Shown piece after piece: positions 9,624 to 20,068 of a stretch of DNA of 64,000 nucleotides. The notes below the pieces were generated by a model. The model was not told the origin of the DNA, did no database searches, and saw only the letters and a list, made by a program, of their open reading frames with translations. Within the stretch, counting starts at the first letter, position 1. Each line of letters begins with the position of its first letter. Origin of the DNA: Candidatus Omnitrophota bacterium (lineage in GTDB: Bacteria; Omnitrophota; Gorgyraeia; Zapsychrales; JAHFFX01); the NCBI GenBank assembly GCA_023247725.1, contig JAHFFW010000005.1:25804-89803 (forward strand). The letters run 5' to 3'. The position numbers were made by a program, and so were the translations under genes.

Positions 9624-11993
9624 ATGTTCAGCGAATGGGCCTGGAAAAAAATCAATTTCTATTTGGGTTTTTTAGCGATCGGTGTCTTATTCGGCCTGGT
9701 GGTCTTTGCCAGCAACCTCGAGATCAAAGATCTTGATCTCTGGCTGCATTTGAAAATGGGAGAATGGATCGTCCAGCACCATTATGTCCCTGATCACGAT
9801 GTCCTTTCTTGCACCATCGCTGGAAAGCCTTGGATCAATCATGAATGGCTGTTCCAGGTGCTCATTCACTATATTTATTCCTTTTTTGATTTCGACGGAC
9901 TGATCACCATGCAGGTGGTGGTCGTGTGTGTGACCTTCGTTATTCTGCTTTTGATGGGCTTTCATCGTGATCATCTTTTGGGTGTGGTGTTTCTTTTACT
10001 TATTGTCCTTTTGGTTTACCAGTTTCGCTTCACTATTCGTCCGGATATTTTTAGTCTTCTATTTTTTATTCTGTTTATTTACACCTTATCCTTGCACCTT
10101 GACAAGCCCTGGTCGGTCTTGGCCTTATTGGCCATCCAGGTTTTATGGAGCAATTTCCACGGATTCTTTTTTTTAGGACCTTTGATTGTTTTCATCGGCC
10201 TTTTCAGTGAATATACCAAACGCTGCCTGCCCTTGCCATGGGAATGGAACCAGACTGGGCGTTTGACCGACGAGGAATTCCGGCGCCTGAAGTGGATTTT
10301 CCTTATTGTGCTGTTGGCCTGTCTTCTTAATCCCCAAACCTTCAAAGGCGCGTGGTATCCGGTCAGTGTTGCCTTTTCCTTGCCGTCCGAATCCAAAATC
10401 TTTTTTGATGCGATTGTCGAACTGCAAAAGCCAGTGCAATGGAATACGATTTTTTCTCCGGAATATTCCTATTACAAGCTCATGATCTTCTTGTCGTTCA
10501 TCAGTTTTATTTTTAATCGCCGCCGGTTGGATCTGGGCAGCTTGATCCTTTGGCTGGCTTTTTTGTTTTTTTCTCTGGTGGCTGTGCGCAACCTTGTCTT
10601 TTTCGCCTTTGTCGCTTATTTGGTCTGCCTGACCAATTTTATGGGAATTCCCATCTCGGAGATTCTTCCCATCCAGTTTAGCGAACGGAAATTCCTTTAC
10701 ATGACCTCCATTGCCTTGCAGACTTTTTTGATCATATGGATGCTCGATTATTGCGGCAGACTTTCGGAACGCGGGTATTACGACTTCGATCAGTATGAAC
10801 GCAAATCCGAATATCGGGGCGTTAGCCAGCGCAGCTTCCCTAATAAGGCGGCAGATTTTCTGGTGGCCCACCAGATCAAAGGAAATTTCCTCAATGATTT
10901 CAACTCCGGAGCCTATCTTGTCGGACGGACTTCTCCCCAGATCAAGGTTTTTATCGACGGAAGAACCGAACTTTACGGAGCCGAATTTTTCAAGAAATAC
11001 CGCGACATGTGGAAAGACCAGAATATCGAGCTGCTGGAACAGGCCATCAACCGCTACCAGATCACCGGGGCGCTTTTGAACACCATTCAAAAAGAAGTCC
11101 CCGAAAAGGTTTTATTATATTTTGGGGAACATAAAGAATGGGTCCCGGTTTATTTCGATTATGATGGATTGGTTTTTTTAAAAGACATTCCCTTCAATCA
11201 GAAATGGATTAAGGAATTGCGTTTGGACCTGGCCACGTATCGTCCGCCGCGGGTGGATCTTCACCGGTTAGGATCGGTGGTCGTGACACCGTTCCGGGAA
11301 ATCAACCGGGGATATACGTACGAAGTTTTGGGATTTGATCATCTGGCCATTGAAGAAGCGCTGCATGCCCGAAAGATGTCTCCGGGATATATCGAGCCCT
11401 ATAAAATTCTGGGGAAAGTCTATGGAAAAAACAATGATCATGAAAAGGCCTTTGAAAATTTTCGCATTGCGGCGATGATCAATCCGGACGATTTGGAAAG
11501 CCGTTACAATCTGGCGCTGGTGTATGAGCGGCTGGGCGAATACAAATATGCCATCAAGCAATATGAACGACTGCTCAATAGCCATCCGGGCGAAGCCAAG
11601 GCCTATTATCTTTTGGCCAAGATTTATGCCCTTGACCGGCAGACCGCGCGATCTCTTCAAACTTTGAAGCAGGCCGCCAAACGCGATCCCGCGGCCGTAG
11701 TCGATATCCTAAAGATCGGCGATATTTATTATGGACAAGGAGAGTTAGAATCCGCCCTGTCAGCCTTTTTGCTCGCTCTGCGAGGGAAAAGAGAAGCGAC
11801 GCAAACACACCTTCGATTAGGCAAGGTGTATCGGGCTTTGGGTGAGGAGGACAAAGCGACCGAAGAATTTCGCAAGGGGCTTGCGATTGAACCGAATAAT
11901 CCCCAGATCGAGCGGCTGCTGAACAATCCAAAGGCTTTGGAGGAAGGCCTTTCCGTCGGTAATGACGAACGGTCAAACGAGCCGTACCAATAA
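9624..11993 (+). CDS. polytopic membrane protein (about 10 TM helices) with C-terminal TPR repeats; possible GT-C-type glycosyltransferase
   Basis: The N-terminal 400 aa are highly hydrophobic, with a conserved-looking first loop (LWLHLKMGEWIVQHHYVPDHD...KPWINHEWLFQ). The C-terminus carries at least five TPR units. Family assignment is tentative. Confidence 0.5.
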   Translation: MFSEWAWKKINFYLGFLAIGVLFGLVVFASNLEIKDLDLWLHLKMGEWIVQHHYVPDHDVLSCTIAGKPWINHEWLFQVLIHYIYSFFDFDGLITMQVVVVCVTFVILLLMGFHRDHLLGVVFLLLIVLLVYQFRFTIRPDIFSLLFFILFIYTLSLHLDKPWSVLALLAIQVLWSNFHGFFFLGPLIVFIGLFSEYTKRCLPLPWEWNQTGRLTDEEFRRLKWIFLIVLLACLLNPQTFKGAWYPVSVAFSLPSESKIFFDAIVELQKPVQWNTIFSPEYSYYKLMIFLSFISFIFNRRRLDLGSLILWLAFLFFSLVAVRNLVFFAFVAYLVCLTNFMGIPISEILPIQFSERKFLYMTSIALQTFLIIWMLDYCGRLSERGYYDFDQYERKSEYRGVSQRSFPNKAADFLVAHQIKGNFLNDFNSGAYLVGRTSPQIKVFIDGRTELYGAEFFKKYRDMWKDQNIELLEQAINRYQITGALLNTIQKEVPEKVLLYFGEHKEWVPVYFDYDGLVFLKDIPFNQKWIKELRLDLATYRPPRVDLHRLGSVVVTPFREINRGYTYEVLGFDHLAIEEALHARKMSPGYIEPYKILGKVYGKNNDHEKAFENFRIAAMINPDDLESRYNLALVYERLGEYKYAIKQYERLLNSHPGEAKAYYLLAKIYALDRQTARSLQTLKQAAKRDPAAVVDILKIGDIYYGQGELESALSAFLLALRGKREATQTHLRLGKVYRALGEEDKATEEFRKGLAIEPNNPQIERLLNNPKALEEGLSVGNDERSNEPYQ

Positions 11994-12014
11994 AATCGAC
12001 TTAAGAAGTTCACG

Positions 12015-12043
12015 TTGAAATGCTGGAAGGCACGACGTATAAT
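12015..12043 (+). promoter_or_regulatory. sigma70-type promoter for glgC (TTGAAA-17nt-TATAAT)
   Basis: -35 TTGAAA at 12015-12020, a 17-nt spacer and consensus -10 TATAAT at 12038-12043. RBS AGGAAGG precedes the ATG at 12082. Confidence 0.6.
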
Positions 12044-12081
12044 ACCCAACGTTCTCAAAAATCAGGAAGGATTTGGTAACA

Positions 12082-13299
12082 ATGAGAGAAGTTTTGACCT
12101 TCATTATGGCGGGGGGCAAGGGTGAACGGCTCGATCCTTTGACGCGAGATCGCGCCAAGCCCGCCGTCCCTTTCGGCGGGATTTACCGGATCATTGATTT
12201 TACCCTTAGCAATTGCATCAATTCGGGTCTCCGCCGGATTTATGTCCTCATCCAGTATAAGTCCTTCTCCCTGCAAAAACACATCCTCTCCGGCTGGAAC
12301 ATCTTTTCCAATCAATTGGGCGAATTCATCGATGTCATTCCGGCCCAGCAAAGGATTGGTTCTGATTGGTACAGGGGAACCGCAGACGCGATTTATCAAA
12401 ATATCTACGCGATCCGCGATCTCGATCCGCATCTGGTTTTGATTCTGGCCGGCGATCATATTTACAAAATGGATTATCGTAAAATGATGGATGTGCATAA
12501 TGCCAACGATGCCGATATGACCCTGGCCTGCATGGAAATGCCCAAAGAAAGCGCCTCGGGTTTTGGGATTATCGAGGTCGATCAGAATCATCGGGTCTGC
12601 GGCTTTCAGGAAAAACCCGTTCATCCCAAAACGATTCCCGGAGACCCGAACAAGGTCTTTGCCTCGATGGGGATTTATCTTTTCAAAACTGATGTTTTGA
12701 CCGAAGAGTTGGAGGCCGATGCCAAAAATGCCTTCTCCGAACATGATTTTGGTAGGAATGTGATCCCGCAGATGCTCAAATCGAACCGCACGATCTTTGT
12801 CTATGATTTTGTCGATGAAAATAACCAGCCAAAATACTGGCGCGACATCGGGACCCGCGATGCCTATTACCAGGCGAATATGGACTTGGTCAAACCAAAT
12901 CCGCCTTTCAATCTTTATGATCGACAGTGGCCGGTACGGACTTACCATGAACAATATCCGCCAATTCGGGTTTTGAGTGTTTTAACCGGTCAGGCCATGG
13001 CCAGCGGCGCGATCGTTGATTCCATTATTTCTGGCGGCTGTGAAATACGGGGTGGTAAAGTCGACCGCTCGGTTCTCTCCTCCGCCGTGAAAATTGAAAA
13101 AGAGGCCTCAATTAATGCATCGATTCTCATGGAAGGGGTTGTTGTCGGTGAGGGCGCTCAGATCCAGAATGCCATCATTGATAAACAGGTGGTTATTCCG
13201 CCGCAGGCGCGCATCGGGTTTGATTTGGAGGCCGATCGAAAAAAATTTGCGGTCACGACCTCGGGGATCGTGATCGTGGCTAAAAAAGCTTCGCTTTGA
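12082..13299 (+). CDS. glgC: glucose-1-phosphate adenylyltransferase
   Basis: GlgC signature (FIMAGGKGERLDPLTRDRAKPAVPFGG) and the C-terminal LbH repeat region. Confidence 0.93.
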   Translation: MREVLTFIMAGGKGERLDPLTRDRAKPAVPFGGIYRIIDFTLSNCINSGLRRIYVLIQYKSFSLQKHILSGWNIFSNQLGEFIDVIPAQQRIGSDWYRGTADAIYQNIYAIRDLDPHLVLILAGDHIYKMDYRKMMDVHNANDADMTLACMEMPKESASGFGIIEVDQNHRVCGFQEKPVHPKTIPGDPNKVFASMGIYLFKTDVLTEELEADAKNAFSEHDFGRNVIPQMLKSNRTIFVYDFVDENNQPKYWRDIGTRDAYYQANMDLVKPNPPFNLYDRQWPVRTYHEQYPPIRVLSVLTGQAMASGAIVDSIISGGCEIRGGKVDRSVLSSAVKIEKEASINASILMEGVVVGEGAQIQNAIIDKQVVIPPQARIGFDLEADRKKFAVTTSGIVIVAKKASL

Positions 13300-13334
13300 T
13301 GTTCTTGCCTGCCGTCTTCCAATTTTAATTATTC

Positions 13335-14519
13335 ATGATCATCCAACCCAAAGTTCGCGGATTCATTTGCACGACCGCTCATCCCGTTGGCTGCGCCCGG
13401 CAGGTCCAGGAACAAATTGATTTTGTCAAAAGTAAACCCCGCATCAGCCAAGGAGCAAAAAAAGTTTTAGTGATTGGGGCCTCGACCGGTTATGGTCTGG
13501 CCTCCCGGGTTGTGGAGGCCTTCGGTTCCGGTGCCGCTACGATGGGAGTTTTCTGGGAACGGCCCGCTGAGGATAAGCGCACCGCCACGGCCGGATGGTA
13601 TAATAGCGTGGCTTTTGACCAGGCCGCCCGCAAAGAGGGTTTGTATTCACAAAGCTTCAATGGCGATGCCTTTTCGGACGAGATGAAAATTGCGGTCGCC
13701 AAAAAAATCAAGAAGGATCTGGTTGACGTTGATCTGGTGATTTACAGCCTTGCCTCACCGCGGCGCCAGCATCCGCGGACCGGACAAATCTACAAATCGG
13801 TCCTTCGTCCCAAGGATTACCCCTATACCAATAAATCGATTGATTTTGAGGCGGGCAAAGTGACTGAGGTCACTCTGCCCGCCGCGACAGCGCAAGAGAT
13901 CGAACATACGGTCGCGGTCATGGGAGGGGAAGATTGGGAAATGTGGATGGACGCTCTCATGGAACATGGCGCTCTCGCTCACAAGGCCTACACGGCTGCC
14001 TACTCTTATATAGGGCCGGAGGTGACGACCGCGGTCTATCGAAATGGCACGATTGGCGCGGCCAAAGACCATTTGGAAAAAACCGCAAAAAAACTTAATG
14101 AAAAATTGCAGCAGAAAGGCGGCGGGGCGCTGGTTTCGGTCAATAAGGCCCTGGTTACACAGTCCAGCTCGGCGATTCCTTTTATCCCCTTGTATTTTGT
14201 TTTATTGAAAAAAGTGATGAAGTCTAAAGGAATTGAAGAAAATTGTATCCAACAAATCTACCGCCTTTTTGCCGAGCGTCTTTATGCGAATAAGCCGATT
14301 CCCTTGGACGAAGAAGGCCGGGTGCGAGTGGATGATTTAGAAATGCGGCCCGATGTGCAAAGAGAAGTTCAAGCCCTGTGGGAGAAGGTCAATACCGACA
14401 ATGTCAAACAGTTGGCCGATGTCCAGGGCTACGAAGAGGATTTTCTGCATTTGTTTGGTTTTGGTTTTCCGGATGTGGATTATCATGCCGATGTTGAAAT
14501 AGACCTTCCTCTGCCATAA
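13335..14519 (+). CDS. fabV: trans-2-enoyl-CoA/ACP reductase (FabV/TER family)
   Basis: MIIQPKVRGFICTTAHPVGC...VLVIGASTGYGLASR is characteristic of FabV/TER, at about 394 aa. Confidence 0.9.
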   Translation: MIIQPKVRGFICTTAHPVGCARQVQEQIDFVKSKPRISQGAKKVLVIGASTGYGLASRVVEAFGSGAATMGVFWERPAEDKRTATAGWYNSVAFDQAARKEGLYSQSFNGDAFSDEMKIAVAKKIKKDLVDVDLVIYSLASPRRQHPRTGQIYKSVLRPKDYPYTNKSIDFEAGKVTEVTLPAATAQEIEHTVAVMGGEDWEMWMDALMEHGALAHKAYTAAYSYIGPEVTTAVYRNGTIGAAKDHLEKTAKKLNEKLQQKGGGALVSVNKALVTQSSSAIPFIPLYFVLLKKVMKSKGIEENCIQQIYRLFAERLYANKPIPLDEEGRVRVDDLEMRPDVQREVQALWEKVNTDNVKQLADVQGYEEDFLHLFGFGFPDVDYHADVEIDLPLP

Positions 14520-14882
14520 TTTTTCCTCACCCCCTTTTTTCTAAGAAATCAAAAAATTTTTAACGAATAATTTTTTACAAGCAAGCGATGCCAAAGGCTG
14601 CATAATAATGTCAATTTCCGGATGAACATGCCAAAAGAATGAAAAATTTTAGAAAACCATTGACACGGTTTTAGTTGTCCTTTACAGTGGAATCATATTT
14701 GTAAAATCAGCAACACACTCGACGGCCGAGGCTAAGCTCGGGCGCTTGCTCAGGGTTGACACGAAGTGGCCCCGAACAATCGCGCCATGAAGGCATGGCG
14801 AAAGGGCTGCGACGTTTCAAGCATTTGCCTCATCATAGAAATGGGGTTCGACGTGTCTGTACCCGTCAATTACGAGCGCTTG

Positions 14883-15044
14883 ATGACCATCGATGAAGCC
14901 GCCGAATATCTGCGAGTAAAAAAACGCACCATTTATGATTGGGTTAAGAAAGGAAAAATTCCAGCGATCCGAACGGTGGGTCAATGGCGTTTTAAAAAAG
15001 TCAAGATTGATCATTGGCTGGAGAATGGACATGGAGAGGCATGA
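14883..15044 (+). CDS. small excisionase-family (MerR-like) helix-turn-helix DNA-binding protein, about 53 aa
   Basis: MTIDEAAEYLRVKKRTIYDWVKKGKIPAIRTVGQWRFKKVKIDHWL matches the excisionase-family HTH pattern. Its stop overlaps the acpP start (ATGA). The start could also be the upstream ATG at 14841. Confidence 0.55.
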   Translation: MTIDEAAEYLRVKKRTIYDWVKKGKIPAIRTVGQWRFKKVKIDHWLENGHGEA

Positions 15045-15304
15045 CTGACTCAGGCGCTCGTCCTAATGTAGAGAGTGACATCCGGGACTTGGTGGCCGAG
15101 ATCCTCGAAACCGATCCGAAATCTATTGATGGCGATGCAAATTTCGTTAAAGATTTGGGAATGGATTCGATGAATGCGTTAGAGATCCTGGCGGGGATCG
15201 AGAAAAAATACCGGATTGCCATTCCGGAAGATACTCTGCCCAAATTCATCTCGCTCAACCAGACCGTTAAGATCATTCAAGATATTCTGGCAAAGAAAAA
15301 ATAA
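15041..15304 (+). CDS. acpP: acyl carrier protein
   Basis: DLGMDSMNALEI phosphopantetheine-attachment motif. RBS GGAGAGG lies before the ATG at 15041. Confidence 0.9.
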   Translation: MTDSGARPNVESDIRDLVAEILETDPKSIDGDANFVKDLGMDSMNALEILAGIEKKYRIAIPEDTLPKFISLNQTVKIIQDILAKKK

Positions 15305-15342
15305 AAGAAGTTCAAAAGCGACCCCTCCAACCCAGACTACCC

Positions 15343-18300
15343 ATGTATTTTAAAAAGCTGGAGATCTTTGGCTTTAAGTCATTCGCCGATAAGACCGTGT
15401 TGAACTTTGGTCCCGGAATCACGGCGGTCATTGGTCCGAACGGCTGCGGCAAAAGCAATATCTTCGATTCCATTCGTTGGGTTTTGGGCGAACAGAGTGT
15501 GAAAGAACTGCGCGGTTCGTCCATGGAGGATGTGATTTTCAACGGCACCGATAAAAAACCGGGCTTGGGATTTGCGGAAGTGAGCCTGACGTTTTCCAAC
15601 GAGTCCAAAATGTTGCCGGTCGATTATAACGAGGTGACCGTCACCCGTCGGCTGTTTCGCTCCGGCGAAAGCGAATATCTGCTCAATCGATTGGGGGTGC
15701 GCTTAAAGGACATTCAAGAATTGTTTATGGGAACCGGCATTGGCGCCGAGGCCTATTCGCTCGTTCAGCAGGGAAAGGTGGATTTAGTCGTCAGCGCCCG
15801 TCCCGAAGACCGGCGGCTGATCTTTGATGAAGCGGCCGGGATCACGAAATACAAATCCAAGAAAAAGGAAGCCCTGAATAAACTCAAAGAGACTGAAAAT
15901 AATCTGCTGCGGATCAATGACATCGTGGTCGAGGTCAAAAGGCAGATTGCCTCCATCGAGCGTCAGGCCAGTAAGGCGCGCCGGTACAAGGAGGAATTTG
16001 AAAAACTGAAAAGCCTGGAAGTTCAATTGGGCCGGATGCAGTGGCATCACTTCCAGGAACAGCGCCGGCAATTGCAAACACAGGTCGCTGAACTTCGCCA
16101 AAAAGAAAACCGCCATCATGCCGAGATTGAAGAATATCAGAATCTGCTATCTCACGAGGAGGCCCTCCTTGCCGATTTGGAACAAAAGATCAGTGACATC
16201 CATGCTGCCGAGATCAAAATGGAAAATCAAATGGACATCGAGCAACGGCAGATCGGCTTTAATGACGAACGTTGGGAAAATCTCAGTCTCAACGAGTCTC
16301 GCCTTCAACAACACAAGACCCAATTGGTGGAACGCTGTCGTCAGCAACAGGAAAAGATTGATGAATTGAACAAGGCCATCGTGGCCTTGACGCAATCCTG
16401 GGATAAGAATCGACAGGAGTTGGATGCGAAAAAAACCGCCTTAGAAGAAATTGCCCGCCGGGTCAGTGAGTGTAAAGAGATTATTCGCCGGGAAGAAGAA
16501 AAGATCTTGGATTTAAACACGCGCCAAGTTCGGGTGAAAAATGAACTCACGGAAATCATGAAAGAGCTGCAAGGCATTTTGGCGCGCAAACGCCGTCTGG
16601 AGATGGAAGGAACCAAGGTCTCCAGTGAAAAACAGGAAGTGGATCAAAAATTGCAATCGGTGGGCCAGGCCATCGAAGCGGCTCAACAAAGACTCAATGA
16701 ACTCAAAAGCAAAGAGGCAGCCAAACAAGAAAGTCTCACCGTTCTCAAAGAGCGGCTCACGGCCTTGCAGCACACGATCAGCGAATTGGACAAAAAAAGA
16801 CTTTTATTCATTTCCCAAAAAGAATTTATCGAGAAATTAAGGGTTCAGTATGAGGATATTCCGGACCCTGTCGTCGAAGGTCGGATCCTCACTCAGATTT
16901 GGCCAACCGAAAACCACAACGGGATCATCGGCAAAGTCAAACGGGTTAATCCCTTGTCGCAAGAGGAACAATCGCAACTCAAGCACAGATGGGCTATATC
17001 GAATCCGGACCCGTTGTATGAAATCATTTGCGAGACGAAGTTCATTGAGCTTGACCCGCAGGACATCTCTGCCAAGATTGGAGAAATCACCCTGCAGATT
17101 GAAACCGAATGCAAGGCGCGCGAAGAAACGATCGAACGGATGAGCGCGGAACAGACCGAGCTTGATCGGCTATTGGAAGAATTCCGCGCGCAGGAAAAAT
17201 CGCTTTCCATTTTCGAATCGCAAAAAAGTGAAATCCTCAAAAGTGTCAACAAATTGATCAGCGAGTTGGAATTGGTCGACCTGGAAATCAAAGAGTCCGT
17301 GCAGTTGCTCAAATCCCTCAAGGAAAGAGAGGATACGCTCAGTGCCGAATTAAATACCAGCAATCAACAAATCCAGACGAGCCAACAGAACATCAAGGAT
17401 CAGCAAAATGCGACTGAAGCTCAATCCCGCGAACGGGAATCGGTCACGGTGACAATCGCGCAGCTCGAGACTGAGATTGATTCGTTCAAAAATCAAGAGA
17501 AGAACCAGCAGGAGAGCCTGACCATTGTGTTGGACACTCAACAGGGCTCACAAGAAGAAATTGAGCGGATAGATGCGGAAATTGCGGAATCGACACAAAA
17601 AAAGACCAAGCTTCAGGAAGAGTCGGAACTGCTCAAACTCAAGATCGAAGATTTAAAAACCCAAAAGGATTCCTTAAAAGAATCCCTGAGGGGATACGAA
17701 GCCCAGAGAGGGGATATTTCCCAAAGGCTCAACAGCATTCACCGGCAAATTTCTGCCGTCGAGTCAGCGATTGAAAATTTTCGCGGGGAATTGCATCAAT
17801 ACGAACTCAAAGAACAGGAATTGACCTTCAGCGAACGCGGGCTTAAGGACAAATTGTTGCAGACTTACAAAATCAATTTGGATGACCTTTTTGTTGCCGG
17901 GTCCAAGGATGTGACTGACGTGGCTGATTCTCCTGTCCCTTCCCATCAAACTCCTCTGGCGGAAGGATCCGCAGCTTCCACCGAGTCACTCAATCTATTT
18001 TTCAATCCAGAAGAATTGTTGGTCGAGATTGACCGGCTAAAAAAACGCTGCGATTCCTTTGGCTCCGTCAATCTCGTCGCTATTGATGAATTTGAGGAAT
18101 TGCGCCAACGATTTGAATTCCTTACAAAGCAACAAAGCGATTTGATTACCGCGAAGGAATCCTTGCATCAAACGATTTTGAAGATCAATCGGACGACCCG
18201 CCAGATGTTCATGGAAACATTCACCAAGGTCAGCGAAGAGTTTCGAATTTATTTTCGTATGTTATTTGGCGGCGGGGAAGCACAGCTGGTTCTTTTAGAT

Positions 18301-18699
18301 CCGGAAAACGTGCTCGAATCCGGGATTGAAATCGTCGCCCGTCCGCCGGGAAAGAAGCTGCAAAATATCAGCCTCCTGTCCGGCGGGGAAAAGACCTTAA
18401 CCGCCATTGCCTTAGTTTTTGGGGTCTTCAAGGTGCGTCCGAGTCCATTCTGTGTTCTCGATGAAATTGACGCGGCCTTGGATGAATCCAATGTTGGTCG
18501 CTTTGGTTATCTTTTGAGAGATTTTGCCAAGATTGCCCAGTTCATTGTCATCACGCACAATAAAAGGACCATAACGCACGCCGATGTCATGTATGGCATC
18601 ACCATGCAGGAAACTGGGGTTTCGAAAATCGTCTCAGTGAAATTTTCTGCGGATGCGAAAAAGAAGGACGCAACCCAAGAGATTGAGGTGGGGGTTTAA
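15343..18699 (+). CDS. smc: chromosome segregation protein SMC
   Basis: N-terminal Walker A (GPNGCGKSNI), long coiled coils, and C-terminal signature LSGGEKTL plus Walker B (CVLDEIDAALD). Confidence 0.95.
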   Translation: MYFKKLEIFGFKSFADKTVLNFGPGITAVIGPNGCGKSNIFDSIRWVLGEQSVKELRGSSMEDVIFNGTDKKPGLGFAEVSLTFSNESKMLPVDYNEVTVTRRLFRSGESEYLLNRLGVRLKDIQELFMGTGIGAEAYSLVQQGKVDLVVSARPEDRRLIFDEAAGITKYKSKKKEALNKLKETENNLLRINDIVVEVKRQIASIERQASKARRYKEEFEKLKSLEVQLGRMQWHHFQEQRRQLQTQVAELRQKENRHHAEIEEYQNLLSHEEALLADLEQKISDIHAAEIKMENQMDIEQRQIGFNDERWENLSLNESRLQQHKTQLVERCRQQQEKIDELNKAIVALTQSWDKNRQELDAKKTALEEIARRVSECKEIIRREEEKILDLNTRQVRVKNELTEIMKELQGILARKRRLEMEGTKVSSEKQEVDQKLQSVGQAIEAAQQRLNELKSKEAAKQESLTVLKERLTALQHTISELDKKRLLFISQKEFIEKLRVQYEDIPDPVVEGRILTQIWPTENHNGIIGKVKRVNPLSQEEQSQLKHRWAISNPDPLYEIICETKFIELDPQDISAKIGEITLQIETECKAREETIERMSAEQTELDRLLEEFRAQEKSLSIFESQKSEILKSVNKLISELELVDLEIKESVQLLKSLKEREDTLSAELNTSNQQIQTSQQNIKDQQNATEAQSRERESVTVTIAQLETEIDSFKNQEKNQQESLTIVLDTQQGSQEEIERIDAEIAESTQKKTKLQEESELLKLKIEDLKTQKDSLKESLRGYEAQRGDISQRLNSIHRQISAVESAIENFRGELHQYELKEQELTFSERGLKDKLLQTYKINLDDLFVAGSKDVTDVADSPVPSHQTPLAEGSAASTESLNLFFNPEELLVEIDRLKKRCDSFGSVNLVAIDEFEELRQRFEFLTKQQSDLITAKESLHQTILKINRTTRQMFMETFTKVSEEFRIYFRMLFGGGEAQLVLLDPENVLESGIEIVARPPGKKLQNISLLSGGEKTLTAIALVFGVFKVRPSPFCVLDEIDAALDESNVGRFGYLLRDFAKIAQFIVITHNKRTITHADVMYGITMQETGVSKIVSVKFSADAKKKDATQEIEVGV

Positions 18700-19892
18700 C
18701 TGGATTCCGCGTCGCAAACGCTGGTGCGATTTTTTCCGGCGAACTTCGCAATATACATGGCTTTATCCGCCCTGGCAATCAATTCAATCTGGGACTGTGC
18801 ATCGGTAGGAAAAGTGGCTAGTCCGATGCTCACCGTCACCGTCAAATTATGGAAGAGAGGTTGCTTGGGAAATTGGTGATGAGCGATCCTCTCTCGGATC
18901 CGTTCCGCAATGAGAAAGGCTTGTTCCCTAGCGGTTTGGGTCAGGATCATGGAAAATTCTTCCCCGCCGTAACGACAGACATAGTCCACGTCCCGCGAAG
19001 AATCCTTCAGAATGGTCGCCAGTTCCAATAAGATGATGTCGCCGTTTTGATGGCCGTAAGTATCGTTGATTTGCTTGAAATTGTCGATATCGATGATTAA
19101 AAGGGAGAGGGCGCTGTTCGTTTCGCGGGTCTTTGCCAACTCCAAGGCCAAAGTATGCTGAAAAAAACCATGATTCCATAGATTCGTTAAGGAATCGGTG
19201 TGGCTTTTATGCACGACCATTTCATAGAGTTGGGAATTCTCAATCGCTAACCCGGCCTGATTGGCGAGCATCATAAATATTCTCAAATCGTCACTGGTGA
19301 TGGGCTTTTGGGTAAAAAGATTGTCGGCGATGATTAAACCATTGACCTTGTCCTTGGCCTTTAATGGCATAATCACCAGCTCATTGGTCTTAAAGACTTG
19401 CAGTAAGGGATCATTGGCATAACGGTCAATCATTCCCTTGCGGATATGAAGCGGGGAGCCATTCATATAGGCGGAAGTCAACAGGGTCCCGTCATTGGCG
19501 AGAGGAATCTTTAAGGCCCTGAGGCTTTCAAAGAGACCCGATTGGGAAGTGCTGTAGGCGATCCGATCGGCAGAAATCAAATCCTCCAAATCCTGGTTTG
19601 CATTTTTGATGTATTTCCAGATTTTGTCAGCTTGTTCGCCGGAGTCCGGTCCAATCACAATCTTACATTCCAAACACCGCTCCCTTTTATTGATAAGAAA
19701 TAGACAGGCGCGATTAAAGCCCAAACCGGAATGGGAGGTCACACCGGTTAAAATAATATAAAGGATATGGTTGAGCTCCAGGGTGGTGCGCATGGCGTTA
19801 CTGATATTATAAAGGATCGTCAACTCGCGCTGCGCCCGGTCGAGTTCTTCCTGCAGTTCTTTTTCTTCCTGCTCGTTAGAAGGGATTGCCAT
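18696..19892 (-). CDS. GAF-domain diguanylate cyclase (GGDEF)
   Basis: GGEEF active-site motif (RYGGEEFSMIL) and an N-terminal GAF-like region. Convergent with smc, with overlapping stops in TTAA. Confidence 0.88.
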   Translation of the reverse strand: MAIPSNEQEEKELQEELDRAQRELTILYNISNAMRTTLELNHILYIILTGVTSHSGLGFNRACLFLINKRERCLECKIVIGPDSGEQADKIWKYIKNANQDLEDLISADRIAYSTSQSGLFESLRALKIPLANDGTLLTSAYMNGSPLHIRKGMIDRYANDPLLQVFKTNELVIMPLKAKDKVNGLIIADNLFTQKPITSDDLRIFMMLANQAGLAIENSQLYEMVVHKSHTDSLTNLWNHGFFQHTLALELAKTRETNSALSLLIIDIDNFKQINDTYGHQNGDIILLELATILKDSSRDVDYVCRYGGEEFSMILTQTAREQAFLIAERIRERIAHHQFPKQPLFHNLTVTVSIGLATFPTDAQSQIELIARADKAMYIAKFAGKNRTSVCDAESS

Positions 19893-20015
19893 GGCTTGAA
19901 AGATACCATTTTACACTTGGCTTGTCAAGCCGCGTTTGGTTTTTAGTCGATTCTGATCAATCATAAGATAAATATTTACAGAAGCTTACAACATTAAAGG
20001 TTCGGAAGCGCTTTC

Positions 20016-20044
20016 TTGACACCCTCTAGGGTGCATGATATACT
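20016..20044 (+). promoter_or_regulatory. sigma70-type promoter upstream of cvpA (TTGACA-17nt-TATACT)
   Basis: -35 TTGACA at 20016-20021, a 17-nt spacer and -10 TATACT at 20039-20044. Confidence 0.5.
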
Positions 20045-20068
20045 TGAGCATCTTTCAATCATCGTTAT

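Noticed and set aside
14833-14860. GGGGTTCGACGTG motif resembling a tmRNA or tRNA T-arm upstream of the HTH gene
   Set aside because: No tRNA-like acceptor stem or tmRNA body is present around it. The similarity is limited to GGTTCGA.
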